Shown: positions 17,166 to 25,564 of the stretch, piece by piece
How the letters are laid out: every line of letters begins with the position of its first letter
How positions within the stretch are numbered: the first letter of the stretch is position 1
Origin: a virus
IMG/VR virus record: IMGVR_UViG_3300045988_157568
DNA length: 64,000 nt
Reading direction: 5' to 3' (one strand)
Position numbers and translations under genes: made by a program
The notes under the pieces: model-generated
The model's input: the letters and a program-made list of their open reading frames with translations, nothing else
What the model was told of the DNA's origin: nothing
Database searches by the model: none

Positions 17166-17266
17166 CAGGGGGGGTGCAACTTTTCTATGTCCTCATTTTC
17201 ACCAAAAATTTTGGAAAATCTCTACGCCATTTCCCCTCAAAAGAGGGGGGGTGGAACTTTTGCACC
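17166..17266. repeat. Copy 2 (plus an extra partial copy) of the conserved G-tract non-coding element
   Basis: cagggggggtgcaactttt...tacgccatttcccctc (17166-17238) aligns with 1348-1416. A second gggggggtggaacttttgcacc lies at 17244-17266. Confidence 0.6.
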
Positions 17267-17281
17267 GTACCCTAAAATTTG

Positions 17282-17875
17282 TTATTGCTTTGTTTGCTCC
17301 AATACGCCATATATGTATTTCTTTGTGTTCTGTTTCTTATGATAGTCACTCAATTCTTTTATTGAGTGCAACGCTGCAATATAGTCTGAACGAAGTATTT
17401 CAAAGTATATCTTATTAGTTACTTTACCGTTTATAAGTTTTATAACACAATGCTTTACCCCAATTATCCTACCACCGTACTTGTTTACTAACTTAAAATA
17501 AGTCTTTCTGATAGGGTTATCTTCTACAACTGTAAATTCAAGTCGGTTATGATTAAACTTTAGGAATATATCATCAATAACCTGCCTTAAATCTTTGCCA
17601 AAGGTGTACTTATCCTTTGGGTCATCTGAAAAGTTTACTGCCCCAAAATCATCTACATAATTGGCGGTACGGCATATGCTATAATGTATATAACCTATGA
17701 TTTTACCGTCACTGTTTATTGATACAAAATTTCTGCCGTTCCAATCGCCGTTAGGGTCAATCGAATACGTACCCCTGTGTGGGCAACAAAAGTAATACAT
17801 ATACTTAGGGTCATACCATATGTTATATAGCTTCTGATTTAGCTCGTCTACATACTTATCTGCCACGTCAAGCAT
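17282..17875 (-). CDS. possible GNAT-family acetyltransferase
   Basis: C-terminal half (RLEFTVVEDNPIRKTYFKLVNKYGGRIIG) resembles GNAT motif A/B. Start ATG 17875 after GGAGG. Confidence 0.35.
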   Translation of the reverse strand: MLDVADKYVDELNQKLYNIWYDPKYMYYFCCPHRGTYSIDPNGDWNGRNFVSINSDGKIIGYIHYSICRTANYVDDFGAVNFSDDPKDKYTFGKDLRQVIDDIFLKFNHNRLEFTVVEDNPIRKTYFKLVNKYGGRIIGVKHCVIKLINGKVTNKIYFEILRSDYIAALHSIKELSDYHKKQNTKKYIYGVLEQTKQ

Positions 17876-17922
17876 TTTTACCACCTCCACAAGCCTGCTT
17901 CTTCGAGAGTTTCATCATTCTC

Positions 17923-18453
17923 TTATTCCTTAACATTTTTCATCATTTCCTTTCGCTTTTTATTGAGTAAATCAAATAAATCTCCTGTAATTGCAAGAGG
18001 GTCTGAAAGTTCATCACCGTTCCTGCTGTACGCATAAAGATAACTGTCAAAATCCCATTCAGTTTTCACTTTCAGTATAATTATATCTATACGATTAGTT
18101 ACATTTGATGTTCTTCTGTATTCTACTAAACCCCTTTCAGAGCGGTATTTATGAAAGTCTAATGCTTCTATTGCAAAGTCTAATTCTGTATAGCTACCTT
18201 TAAATTTAATCAATTCTTCCAGTTTAGCACAAAATAAAGAATACTCTTGTGGTGTAGGGACAAGGTTGAGATATTTGGGGTCATTGACGTGAACATTAAT
18301 GGATATACTTGTTTCATCAGTATCAACAAGGTTTAAAACTACTTCAACCGCTTTAATATTTGTATCATCAATGTTCTTATAATAGGTATAATACTTAGCC
18401 GTTTCTGCTCCCTTCACCCAACCATTTTTACTTAACTGCCCATTTATATCCAT
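17923..18453 (-). CDS. hypothetical protein (176 aa)
   Basis: Long ORF overlapping the 3' end of the upstream ORF. Confidence 0.6.
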   Translation of the reverse strand: MDINGQLSKNGWVKGAETAKYYTYYKNIDDTNIKAVEVVLNLVDTDETSISINVHVNDPKYLNLVPTPQEYSLFCAKLEELIKFKGSYTELDFAIEALDFHKYRSERGLVEYRRTSNVTNRIDIIILKVKTEWDFDSYLYAYSRNGDELSDPLAITGDLFDLLNKKRKEMMKNVKE

Positions 18454-18982
18454 TCTTTTGTTCCTCCTTTTGTTTCTCCTCTAACTCTAACATTTTATAT
18501 ACAAATAAAGACGTATCGCTAACATATAGAGTAAAAGCATTTGGATATATACCCTTAGAGCCTTTCCTGACTTCTATGTTAATGCTATTATTTTTAATGT
18601 CAAGTATTACTTTCGCTTCCGCAACATCTCGTGGTGCATATTCATAGATAGCTGTTGTCTTATCACCACCTGCATAAATAAAATGGTGTTCTTCAAGGTG
18701 CTTATCAATATGACTTAGCTTGTTACAAATTTCTTGCAAAATATATGTTTTTGCTCTAAATATCTCATCTATATCTTTGGGAAGATGGTAGAAACTATCG
18801 TCCCTGTGTTCATTAGTGTGCAAAGTGCAATGGTAAGGGTCAATGAAAACTTGTGGGGTAAGGGCAACTTCTATTGTACCTAAATCTTTATAGGGTTTAG
18901 TGTATACACGTTTAAAGTTACCTGCACTAACCAACTTAAACCCATTGTTTTCAATAAGTAAATCATACTTATCTTTTTCCAT
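18428..18982 (-). CDS. hypothetical protein
   Basis: Start set to ATG 18982 (MEKDKYDLL) after GGAG. The track start 19036 would lie upstream of the promoter. Confidence 0.6.
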   Translation of the reverse strand: MEKDKYDLLIENNGFKLVSAGNFKRVYTKPYKDLGTIEVALTPQVFIDPYHCTLHTNEHRDDSFYHLPKDIDEIFRAKTYILQEICNKLSHIDKHLEEHHFIYAGGDKTTAIYEYAPRDVAEAKVILDIKNNSINIEVRKGSKGIYPNAFTLYVSDTSLFVYKMLELEEKQKEEQKNGYKWAVK

Positions 18983-19003
18983 ATTATCAACTCCTTTTCT
19001 TAT

Positions 19004-19050
19004 ATTATAACTTCTTATATTAATCTTGTCAAACAAGGATATTCCTCGTT
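19004..19050 (-). promoter_or_regulatory. SigA-type promoter
   Basis: TTGACA = 19027-19032, TATAAT = 19004-19009, 17-nt spacer. Upstream AACGAGGAATATCC box. Confidence 0.75.
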
Positions 19051-19054
19051 TATA

Positions 19055-20065
19055 CTATTCGCTGTTTACCCATATGTATTCAAGTATGTCCCTTAAACCT
19101 AAACCGCCTTCTTCAACTGGTTTCATACAATAGTCCCATATGGCAGGGTGTGTATCTTTCAATATCTGAAAACGGTTAGGTTGTAATTCTCGGTGAACTC
19201 CAAACATACAATACATACAACCTGTCCTTTTGTAGAGAGTTGTGGTAAGCATACCGTCTTTCTCTATAATGTCACCATAACAAGTTGCGATAGGTATATT
19301 ATTAATGTGTATAAATTCAAGCACATCTTGTTCTAACCAAAAGCTCATAGGCTTAGAGATAGGTCTTTGCCCCCTATTGAAAGCGTTACAACCATTCTTT
19401 AACCAATCGTTGCGTCTTAAACTACTCTCACAAGCCATTGTTGCTAATATAGGCTTTAAACAATACATCTTTTCAAAAGCCTTTGCAGGTTTCTTCTTCA
19501 TAATGTCACAACACTTGCTTGAAATTTTAAAGGGTGCTTCTAACAAGCCACGCCACCTTTTCAAGCAATTCTTTGGGTACTTCTTGCAATAATCAGAGTC
19601 AGGGTCAAAGGCTTCTGCACAATAACCGTCAGGCTTACTTCGTGCAAACTCAACCTTTTGAGCCACTTCTTTACTTATGATTGGATAACCTACATCAAGT
19701 ATTACATCTCTAAATGAAATTCGCTTTCCATTCTTGTCCTTAGGATAGTCAATAACAAGCTCAATATGTATATCAGTGTATGTACGTCTCAGGTACTCTA
19801 CAAAGCTCTTAACGTGCTTTTTCAATTCAGGGAACTCTAAACCTGTATCAGAAAACCAAAGTATTAAATCGCACTTTAAAACACTACATACCTGTGCAGC
19901 GATATAGGCTAACACTGTACTATCTTTGCCACCCGAAAAAGAAACATAACACTTGTTATTATTATGTACATACCACTCCATTAAGCGTGCTCTTGTCATA
20001 TCAACTTTTTCACTTAGAGGTTGTGCTTGAAATCGTTGTAAGTCTTGCATAGTATATTTATTCAC
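19055..20065 (-). CDS. PAPS-reductase / DndC-like PP-loop ATPase family protein
   Basis: YVSFSGGKDSTV PP-loop (SGGKDS). C-terminal Cys pair TGCMYCMFG. Confidence 0.7.
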   Translation of the reverse strand: MNKYTMQDLQRFQAQPLSEKVDMTRARLMEWYVHNNNKCYVSFSGGKDSTVLAYIAAQVCSVLKCDLILWFSDTGLEFPELKKHVKSFVEYLRRTYTDIHIELVIDYPKDKNGKRISFRDVILDVGYPIISKEVAQKVEFARSKPDGYCAEAFDPDSDYCKKYPKNCLKRWRGLLEAPFKISSKCCDIMKKKPAKAFEKMYCLKPILATMACESSLRRNDWLKNGCNAFNRGQRPISKPMSFWLEQDVLEFIHINNIPIATCYGDIIEKDGMLTTTLYKRTGCMYCMFGVHRELQPNRFQILKDTHPAIWDYCMKPVEEGGLGLRDILEYIWVNSE

Positions 20066-20089
20066 TGTTCAAACACTCCCCTATAAATT

Positions 20090-20584
20090 TTATTCGTTAA
20101 GTCTTGTTATGCAGCTATAAAGTGACGGTATCATATTTTGAAATTCAAGAAGTGCTTCGTGTGCTTTATCGGCAGATGAAAAATAAACTTGATTAAAGTC
20201 CCTAAAACACCGAGTAGCCACTACTGTCGGTCTATAACCGTCTTGTGTCACTTCAAGTGTGATATAGTGTTTAGAAAAATTTGGGTCATTCCAATCATCT
20301 GTTGTGATAGGCTTATCATTAAGTGCCTGCCATTGACGTAAGCAATTATAAAATGTTTGGATATAGGCAATATTAGTACATAGCTTTTCAGAATTAAAGT
20401 AATTACCTACTTCCACATATGCGTCTATTGTTTCAGGTATATTGTCCCGACAACCACGGTGAGAATTAAGTGTATGGTCTATATACCAAAAATAAGACTG
20501 TGTATCTGTATCCACTTCATAACCTGTTTTGGCATTGTCCGACTCTTCATACAGAACTCCATTAAATAAAATTTTATTTTTCAT
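20090..20584 (-). CDS. paralogue family B member 1
   Basis: LRQWQALNDKPITTDDW and VYFSSADKAHEALLEF blocks shared with 28041..28613 and 28603..29175. Confidence 0.6.
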   Translation of the reverse strand: MKNKILFNGVLYEESDNAKTGYEVDTDTQSYFWYIDHTLNSHRGCRDNIPETIDAYVEVGNYFNSEKLCTNIAYIQTFYNCLRQWQALNDKPITTDDWNDPNFSKHYITLEVTQDGYRPTVVATRCFRDFNQVYFSSADKAHEALLEFQNMIPSLYSCITRLNE

Positions 20585-20634
20585 AATTATCTTCCTTTCT
20601 TGTCAAACTTGGATATTCATTTGTTCGTAAACTC

Positions 20635-20685
20635 ATTATAGCATAAAAATAGAGGTATGTCAAATGGAACATACCCCTCACTTTT
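20635..20685 (-). promoter_or_regulatory. SigA-type promoter
   Basis: TTGACA = 20658-20663, TATAAT = 20635-20640, 17-nt spacer. Upstream AAGTGAGGGGTATG box. A second TTGACA at 20601-20606 sits inside the leader. Confidence 0.7.
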
Positions 20686-22832
20686 TATTCATCAAAATCT
20701 AAAGTGACTACTTCGTCAGGCTCTGTGACTTCTTTACTTTCCACTTCTATAACATCTTCATCACTTGACTTATCTTCTGATTTTGAGTGCATATTTGCGA
20801 AAAGTTTTTCAAGAATACCGCCACCTTGTGGATTGCTTACTTGCATTGTTTCATTGACTGTACCGTCAGCTTGCATAGTTCTTGTTTGACGTACAACTGT
20901 CGCTGAACGGCTGTCATACATCTTCATTAAGTTTTGCAACAACTTTGTATTTTGGTCTATCAAAGCCGTTACATCAGCGTCCACCGTACCGTTGATAGTT
21001 TCAAGCAACATAGCCTTTTGCATACGAGATATGTTATGATTAACCATACCCTGCATTGCTTGTATAATATCATTGGCATTTCGAGTGTCAAAACCACTAA
21101 ATAACTTGTGGTAGGCACATACATACCCTGCTTTATATTCAGGACATTTTGCGGCCGCTAAACAAGTGTCACAAGCGAATTTAGGGAATTTCTTAGAATA
21201 TATGTTTTTAGTCTTGGACTTAACAAGTTGCGACCCTTTAATCAACTTACCTGTTTTCTTATCCCTTATCGGAACAATATCCATTTCCCCAAAAATTTCG
21301 TCATCAAGCTCATCAATTTCAGGAGCGGTTTCACCGTCAGGTAAATAACCACCTAATTTTTCAATGATGTTCTCTCTTGATAGCTCAACCTTTTCATATT
21401 CAGTGTCATCTACATATTCGTCACGCTCTTTAACTATTCGGTCAAAGTTTGTCCCCTCAACTAAAAGGGTATCTCTTTCGCCTGATAAACACTCTTTATA
21501 AAATTGAATAAGCTCCCTTACCTTATCTTCATCATCAGGTGTCATTTTATTTATGTACTTGTCGTGGAGATTGTCAAGGGTGTCAATATTCTCATTGAGA
21601 TACAAAGAATGTAATGACTCATATTTAGGGTTATCCCAGTTTAGGAACGCAGTCATATCCATAACTGTATATGCTACTTCTGACATACCATCTCTTTCGG
21701 GATTGATATTCATTTTCTTAGCATAAGTTATTACTTCTTTCGTATTCTTTTCATTTGACAACACCCATTCAGCTGACGGAAAGAAATCAGGAGGTAAATT
21801 ATTTATATCCACCTTAACCGCCTTTAGCTTCTGCCAGTATTGTAGGTGCTTTATGCACTTAATAACGTATTCTTCTGCCTGTTTAAAGGCATATACATTG
21901 ACTTTGATAACTTCGGGTTCGTTATATTCGTCCAACTTCTGAAAATCAACATCAATAGGATAGTTTTTGATTAAAGGAAATGCTTTCTTTTCCCAGTCAA
22001 CTTTATCTATCTGTTGTGTTTTCTTGCCGTTGAATATAATTAATCGACCATACATCATACCAGCTTTCCACGTTGTAGAGTCAACTGTATAAAATGGTAA
22101 CTGTGCCAACTCTCTTATTCTTGTTACACCAAATCCGTGTACAAGAGCACCGTGTTTTTCAGCCGTTCGCAACATATCAATACAATTATCAAGATTAAAT
22201 TCCTTATGAGTATCAGCAGAGGTAAAACCAACATAAGGGTATCTCTTACAATAGTATTCCCAGTTATCAGAGCTAAAGCCTTCGTGATAAACGAAACAAA
22301 CAGGTACTTTAGTTTCAGCCATAAATGGCTCAAAATACTGTTTATTCCACTTCTTAACTGTTTCAGCTCCGACAAGGACTTCAATATCAAGGTTTGCTAT
22401 TGCAAATATATGTTCCTTATGCTTTTCAGCCCACCTTAGATACTTTTCAATATGCTTTTCCCAATCCTCAATGGTGTATTCTTCAAACTTCGGGTCTGTT
22501 TGAAATGTAAAAGCACCAGAGTCAACCATTAAATGAATATCGGGATATTTGTCAAAAATATCCCTTAAATTTCTACCTGAAAGATAGTGATATGACATAA
22601 GAAAATTTCTTATACCTGAATTATAACAGGCTTCAAGATAAGCTCCATACTCTACACCTGAATAAAAGAATGAACAATCCCTTGTTGTGTCCATAATGTC
22701 CTTTAAAGAGTAATCTTCTTGTTTAGGTGTATCATTTGTTGCTTTAGCTTCTTCACCGCTTGTAACGTCATTTAGAGCGTTTACAGGCGGTATATCATTT
22801 TTCTGTATCTTTTTGAATTTTAGCTTTGCCAT
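20685..22832 (-). CDS. dpdA: DpdA-like DNA guanine transglycosylase fused to a long uncharacterised C-terminal region
   Basis: N-terminal third has GIRNFLMSYHYL...DIHLMVDSGAFTF, matching my memory of phage DpdA (..LvSy.. ..DSGaF). Start ATG 22832 after GGGGAG. The C-terminal ~365 aa contain CDTCLAAAKCPEYKAGYVCAYH and an acidic tail. Confidence 0.6.
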   Translation of the reverse strand: MAKLKFKKIQKNDIPPVNALNDVTSGEEAKATNDTPKQEDYSLKDIMDTTRDCSFFYSGVEYGAYLEACYNSGIRNFLMSYHYLSGRNLRDIFDKYPDIHLMVDSGAFTFQTDPKFEEYTIEDWEKHIEKYLRWAEKHKEHIFAIANLDIEVLVGAETVKKWNKQYFEPFMAETKVPVCFVYHEGFSSDNWEYYCKRYPYVGFTSADTHKEFNLDNCIDMLRTAEKHGALVHGFGVTRIRELAQLPFYTVDSTTWKAGMMYGRLIIFNGKKTQQIDKVDWEKKAFPLIKNYPIDVDFQKLDEYNEPEVIKVNVYAFKQAEEYVIKCIKHLQYWQKLKAVKVDINNLPPDFFPSAEWVLSNEKNTKEVITYAKKMNINPERDGMSEVAYTVMDMTAFLNWDNPKYESLHSLYLNENIDTLDNLHDKYINKMTPDDEDKVRELIQFYKECLSGERDTLLVEGTNFDRIVKERDEYVDDTEYEKVELSRENIIEKLGGYLPDGETAPEIDELDDEIFGEMDIVPIRDKKTGKLIKGSQLVKSKTKNIYSKKFPKFACDTCLAAAKCPEYKAGYVCAYHKLFSGFDTRNANDIIQAMQGMVNHNISRMQKAMLLETINGTVDADVTALIDQNTKLLQNLMKMYDSRSATVVRQTRTMQADGTVNETMQVSNPQGGGILEKLFANMHSKSEDKSSDEDVIEVESKEVTEPDEVVTLDFDE

Positions 22833-23355
22833 TACGCTCTCCCCTTTCAGCAATAGTTTTAGTTTTACAAGGTTTTTCTGCACCCCTTAACTCAACACAA
22901 GTATGTGTACAAACCATTGTAACTTTCAGATACTTAGGACTAAGTAATTTATCTAAGCAATCTGCTATTTGTTCAGTTAAATTTTCTTGCAAAGTAGGTT
23001 TTCTGCTTAAAAAGTCAACCAAACGTGGTATCTTACTTAGTCCAATTATCTTGTCACTCGGTATGTACTCAACTGTCACCTTGCCAAAGAAAGGCATTAA
23101 ATGATGTTCACACATACTTTTTACACTTGTCTTTACCTTTACAGGTGTGCCATAACCATTACTCTCATAAGGGAAAGTGGTTAAACCGTTTACAAATTCA
23201 TCTACATTTTCATTTATGTTTTTAAACAGCTCATTGACATACATTTTAGCCACTCTTTTAGGAGTGTCCTTATTGCTTTCCGTGGCTTTTACCCCTAAAA
23301 TGGATAAAATTGCGTCTATACATTCTTCAATCGCTGCTACTTTATCACTGCTCAT
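22795..23355 (-). CDS. folE: GTP cyclohydrolase I (FolE)
   Basis: CEHHLMPFFGKV, IGLSKIPRLV, QENLTEQIA and HTCVELRG motifs. Confidence 0.85.
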   Translation of the reverse strand: MSSDKVAAIEECIDAILSILGVKATESNKDTPKRVAKMYVNELFKNINENVDEFVNGLTTFPYESNGYGTPVKVKTSVKSMCEHHLMPFFGKVTVEYIPSDKIIGLSKIPRLVDFLSRKPTLQENLTEQIADCLDKLLSPKYLKVTMVCTHTCVELRGAEKPCKTKTIAERGERNGKAKIQKDTEK

Positions 23356-23375
23356 CTAAGTCACCCCTTAAAGAT

Positions 23376-23594
23376 TTATCTTGTTAGCTTGGCTACGGTT
23401 GCAGGATTGTTATGTTTGCTATTGCGGTTTTTACCTAAAACCTTATTATTTATATCAATCTCTGACTGGATATAATTTTTTGCTTCCCTTAAACGTGTAG
23501 GGTCTTGTTGAATATCCATAGCTTCTTTTAAAATTCTTGCGTCATTCGCAATTTCCCATTCGGGTCTTTGAGATGTTGTTTCTATTACTGACAT
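23376..23594 (-). CDS. hypothetical small protein (72 aa)
   Basis: ORF between folE and queC. Confidence 0.5.
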   Translation of the reverse strand: MSVIETTSQRPEWEIANDARILKEAMDIQQDPTRLREAKNYIQSEIDINNKVLGKNRNSKHNNPATVAKLTR

Positions 23595-23595
23595 A

Positions 23596-23877
23596 CTACT
23601 TACCTACTTTCTTAGTAATGCCCGCCGTTGCTGGGTCATTACTTCTGCATTTATTTACAATGCTTGTATTAACTGAACCAACTTTAGCAGGGTTAGGTTT
23701 TGTACTCTGTTTAGCAACCTTAGTGTATTTAGCAACTGGTGTCTTTTGTGGCTCAATCTTATTGTGCTGTTCATACTTTACGCCACTGACTACTGCCTCA
23801 TTTTTAGGATTGCCTTTCTTTTCGTTATGCACTGAATGTGCTTGCTTATAATTCTTATCTGTTGCTTGATTAGACAT
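23596..23877 (-). CDS. small lysine-rich basic protein
   Basis: MSNQATDKNYKQ... rich in K/P/N. Start ATG 23877 after AAAGGAG. Confidence 0.5.
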   Translation of the reverse strand: MSNQATDKNYKQAHSVHNEKKGNPKNEAVVSGVKYEQHNKIEPQKTPVAKYTKVAKQSTKPNPAKVGSVNTSIVNKCRSNDPATAGITKKVGK

Positions 23878-23942
23878 AATTAAAATTCTCCTTTCTGTGC
23901 AATAAACCCCACTCACATAAAGTGAATGAGGTTTAGCTTTAA

Positions 23943-24212
23943 TTAACCATTTGCCGCACCACTACGACCACCACGACCGCCACGACCGCCTGATGTTCTT
24001 GTAGTAGACGTTTTTACAGTAGCTGATTTTTGTGTAGTTACAAAACCGCTCTTACCACCACGACCACCTGACGTTTTAGCTGCTCCACTCTTACCGCCAC
24101 GACCGCCTGATGACTTTCCTGCACCACTGCTACCACCACGTCCTGATGAAGCTGGTGTATTAGCATAAGCTGGTGTTGCCATTTTTGCCAAAGCATTGAT
24201 TAGAAACTTCAT
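23943..24212 (-). CDS. RGG-repeat basic protein
   Basis: Four to five SGGRGG(K/R)SG repeats, visible at DNA level as repeated accaccacgaccgcc. N-terminus MKFLINALAKMATPAYA is signal-peptide-like or amphipathic. Confidence 0.55.
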   Translation of the reverse strand: MKFLINALAKMATPAYANTPASSGRGGSSGAGKSSGGRGGKSGAAKTSGGRGGKSGFVTTQKSATVKTSTTRTSGGRGGRGGRSGAANG

Positions 24213-24290
24213 ACTGTTTCACCCCCTTTCAGTGATTATTTTAGCATTTATGCTTAAAAGTATTTTAGCATATTATGTTTTCTTAGTCAA

Positions 24291-24938
24291 TCACCCTAAA
24301 GGGTTATATGAGTACATTTCATCAATTAATTTACAATCACCGCATACACCGCAAGGCTCACCTTTGGCAGTAGGGTTATTGCAACTGAAAAAGTCACCTT
24401 TTTCAATACTGTACTCTCGTGCAACATCAATAAGAGATGTTTTATGCACATAAGCGAATGGGGCTATAAGTCTTATCCCACTTGGCTTTATAAGCTCATT
24501 AAACCTATCAATGAAATTTCGGTCACAATCTTTAAAGCCGTTTTCTTCGGGAGATACATAGTTAAGTCCCATATAAATCTCTTTTATTCCCATTGTTTCC
24601 GCTATATTCATAGCGTGTGATAAAAATACAAGATTACGATATTCCACATATTGCTTCTGAGGAATAGGTGTACCTTGAAAGAAATCATTATCTGTAAGGA
24701 AATGTAGTGGCATATCTATACCATAGTTATTACCCTTTTGTAGATACTTTTGATAAATGCTCCACTCTTGATTTAAGTTGGGTTGTCCATACTTAAAGAA
24801 TAGTAGTGTAAGACATTCGTTTGGATAAAGGTGCATAAGTCTTTCTAACAAGACTACACTGTCAAAACCGCCACTAAAAAGAACTAAACGCTTTTTAGGT
24901 GGTTTATGTTCTATTGGTGTTTGCGACCAATCAGCCAT
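24291..24938 (-). CDS. queC: 7-cyano-7-deazaguanine synthase (QueC)
   Basis: PP-loop LVLFSGGFDSVV. C-terminal zinc motif FSCNNPTAKGEPCGVCGDCK. Start ATG 24938. Confidence 0.8.
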   Translation of the reverse strand: MADWSQTPIEHKPPKKRLVLFSGGFDSVVLLERLMHLYPNECLTLLFFKYGQPNLNQEWSIYQKYLQKGNNYGIDMPLHFLTDNDFFQGTPIPQKQYVEYRNLVFLSHAMNIAETMGIKEIYMGLNYVSPEENGFKDCDRNFIDRFNELIKPSGIRLIAPFAYVHKTSLIDVAREYSIEKGDFFSCNNPTAKGEPCGVCGDCKLIDEMYSYNPLG

Positions 24939-25551
24939 TATTTTCACTCCTTATAAACTGTATGTTGTATAACCTATCTTGAAATAACCAAATAGGAATA
25001 CACTCAATTATTTTAGGGTTATCTGAATAGAATACTACTTTAGCACAAGTTGGATATGTTCTTAGTGTCTTTAGTGCAAATTCATAATCACTTAAATCTT
25101 GTATGTTAAACTTCACTTCATCTGTGGAGCTTAACAATGCAAGGTTAGTAAAAACATTCTTCTTTGCTACACCACTTGAAGGTGTTTTACAGTCTACTAA
25201 GTACCTAAAGCTACGTCTATATGTATCACGAGGGAGCTTATAACAATTACCTGTTTCAATAGCCACCTTATAATCGTCATTCAACAATTCGTATACTAAC
25301 GGATATAATTCATTGAACTGTATTAAAGGCTCACCGCCTGTTATTACAACATTCTTTAGGTCTATACCCTGCTTAAATATTCTACCCATTATTTTATTTA
25401 TTGATGAGCGTTTCTTACACTCAATGGATTGTGAGTGTCGGCATTTATTACAACCGACATCACAACCGAAAAACTCTACATAAATACAAGGCTTTCCTAT
25501 GCCTGTACAATCAGTTTGCAATCCCTTGTAAACGTCATTTATGTAAACCAT
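24931..25551 (-). CDS. queE: 7-carboxy-7-deazaguanine synthase (QueE, radical SAM)
   Basis: FFGCDVGCNKC (Cx3Cx2C), VVITGGEPL, ETGN and CKTPSSG parallel B. subtilis QueE blocks. Confidence 0.75.
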   Translation of the reverse strand: MVYINDVYKGLQTDCTGIGKPCIYVEFFGCDVGCNKCRHSQSIECKKRSSINKIMGRIFKQGIDLKNVVITGGEPLIQFNELYPLVYELLNDDYKVAIETGNCYKLPRDTYRRSFRYLVDCKTPSSGVAKKNVFTNLALLSSTDEVKFNIQDLSDYEFALKTLRTYPTCAKVVFYSDNPKIIECIPIWLFQDRLYNIQFIRSENNG

Positions 25552-25564
25552 AAAACAGCCACTC

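Noticed and set aside
20601-20606. An extra TTGACA immediately upstream of gene 20090..20584.
   Set aside because: It lies only 16 nt from the ATG, so there is no room for a -10 element. The functional promoter is the TTGACA-17-TATAAT at 20635-20663. This copy looks like a degenerate duplicate inside the leader.
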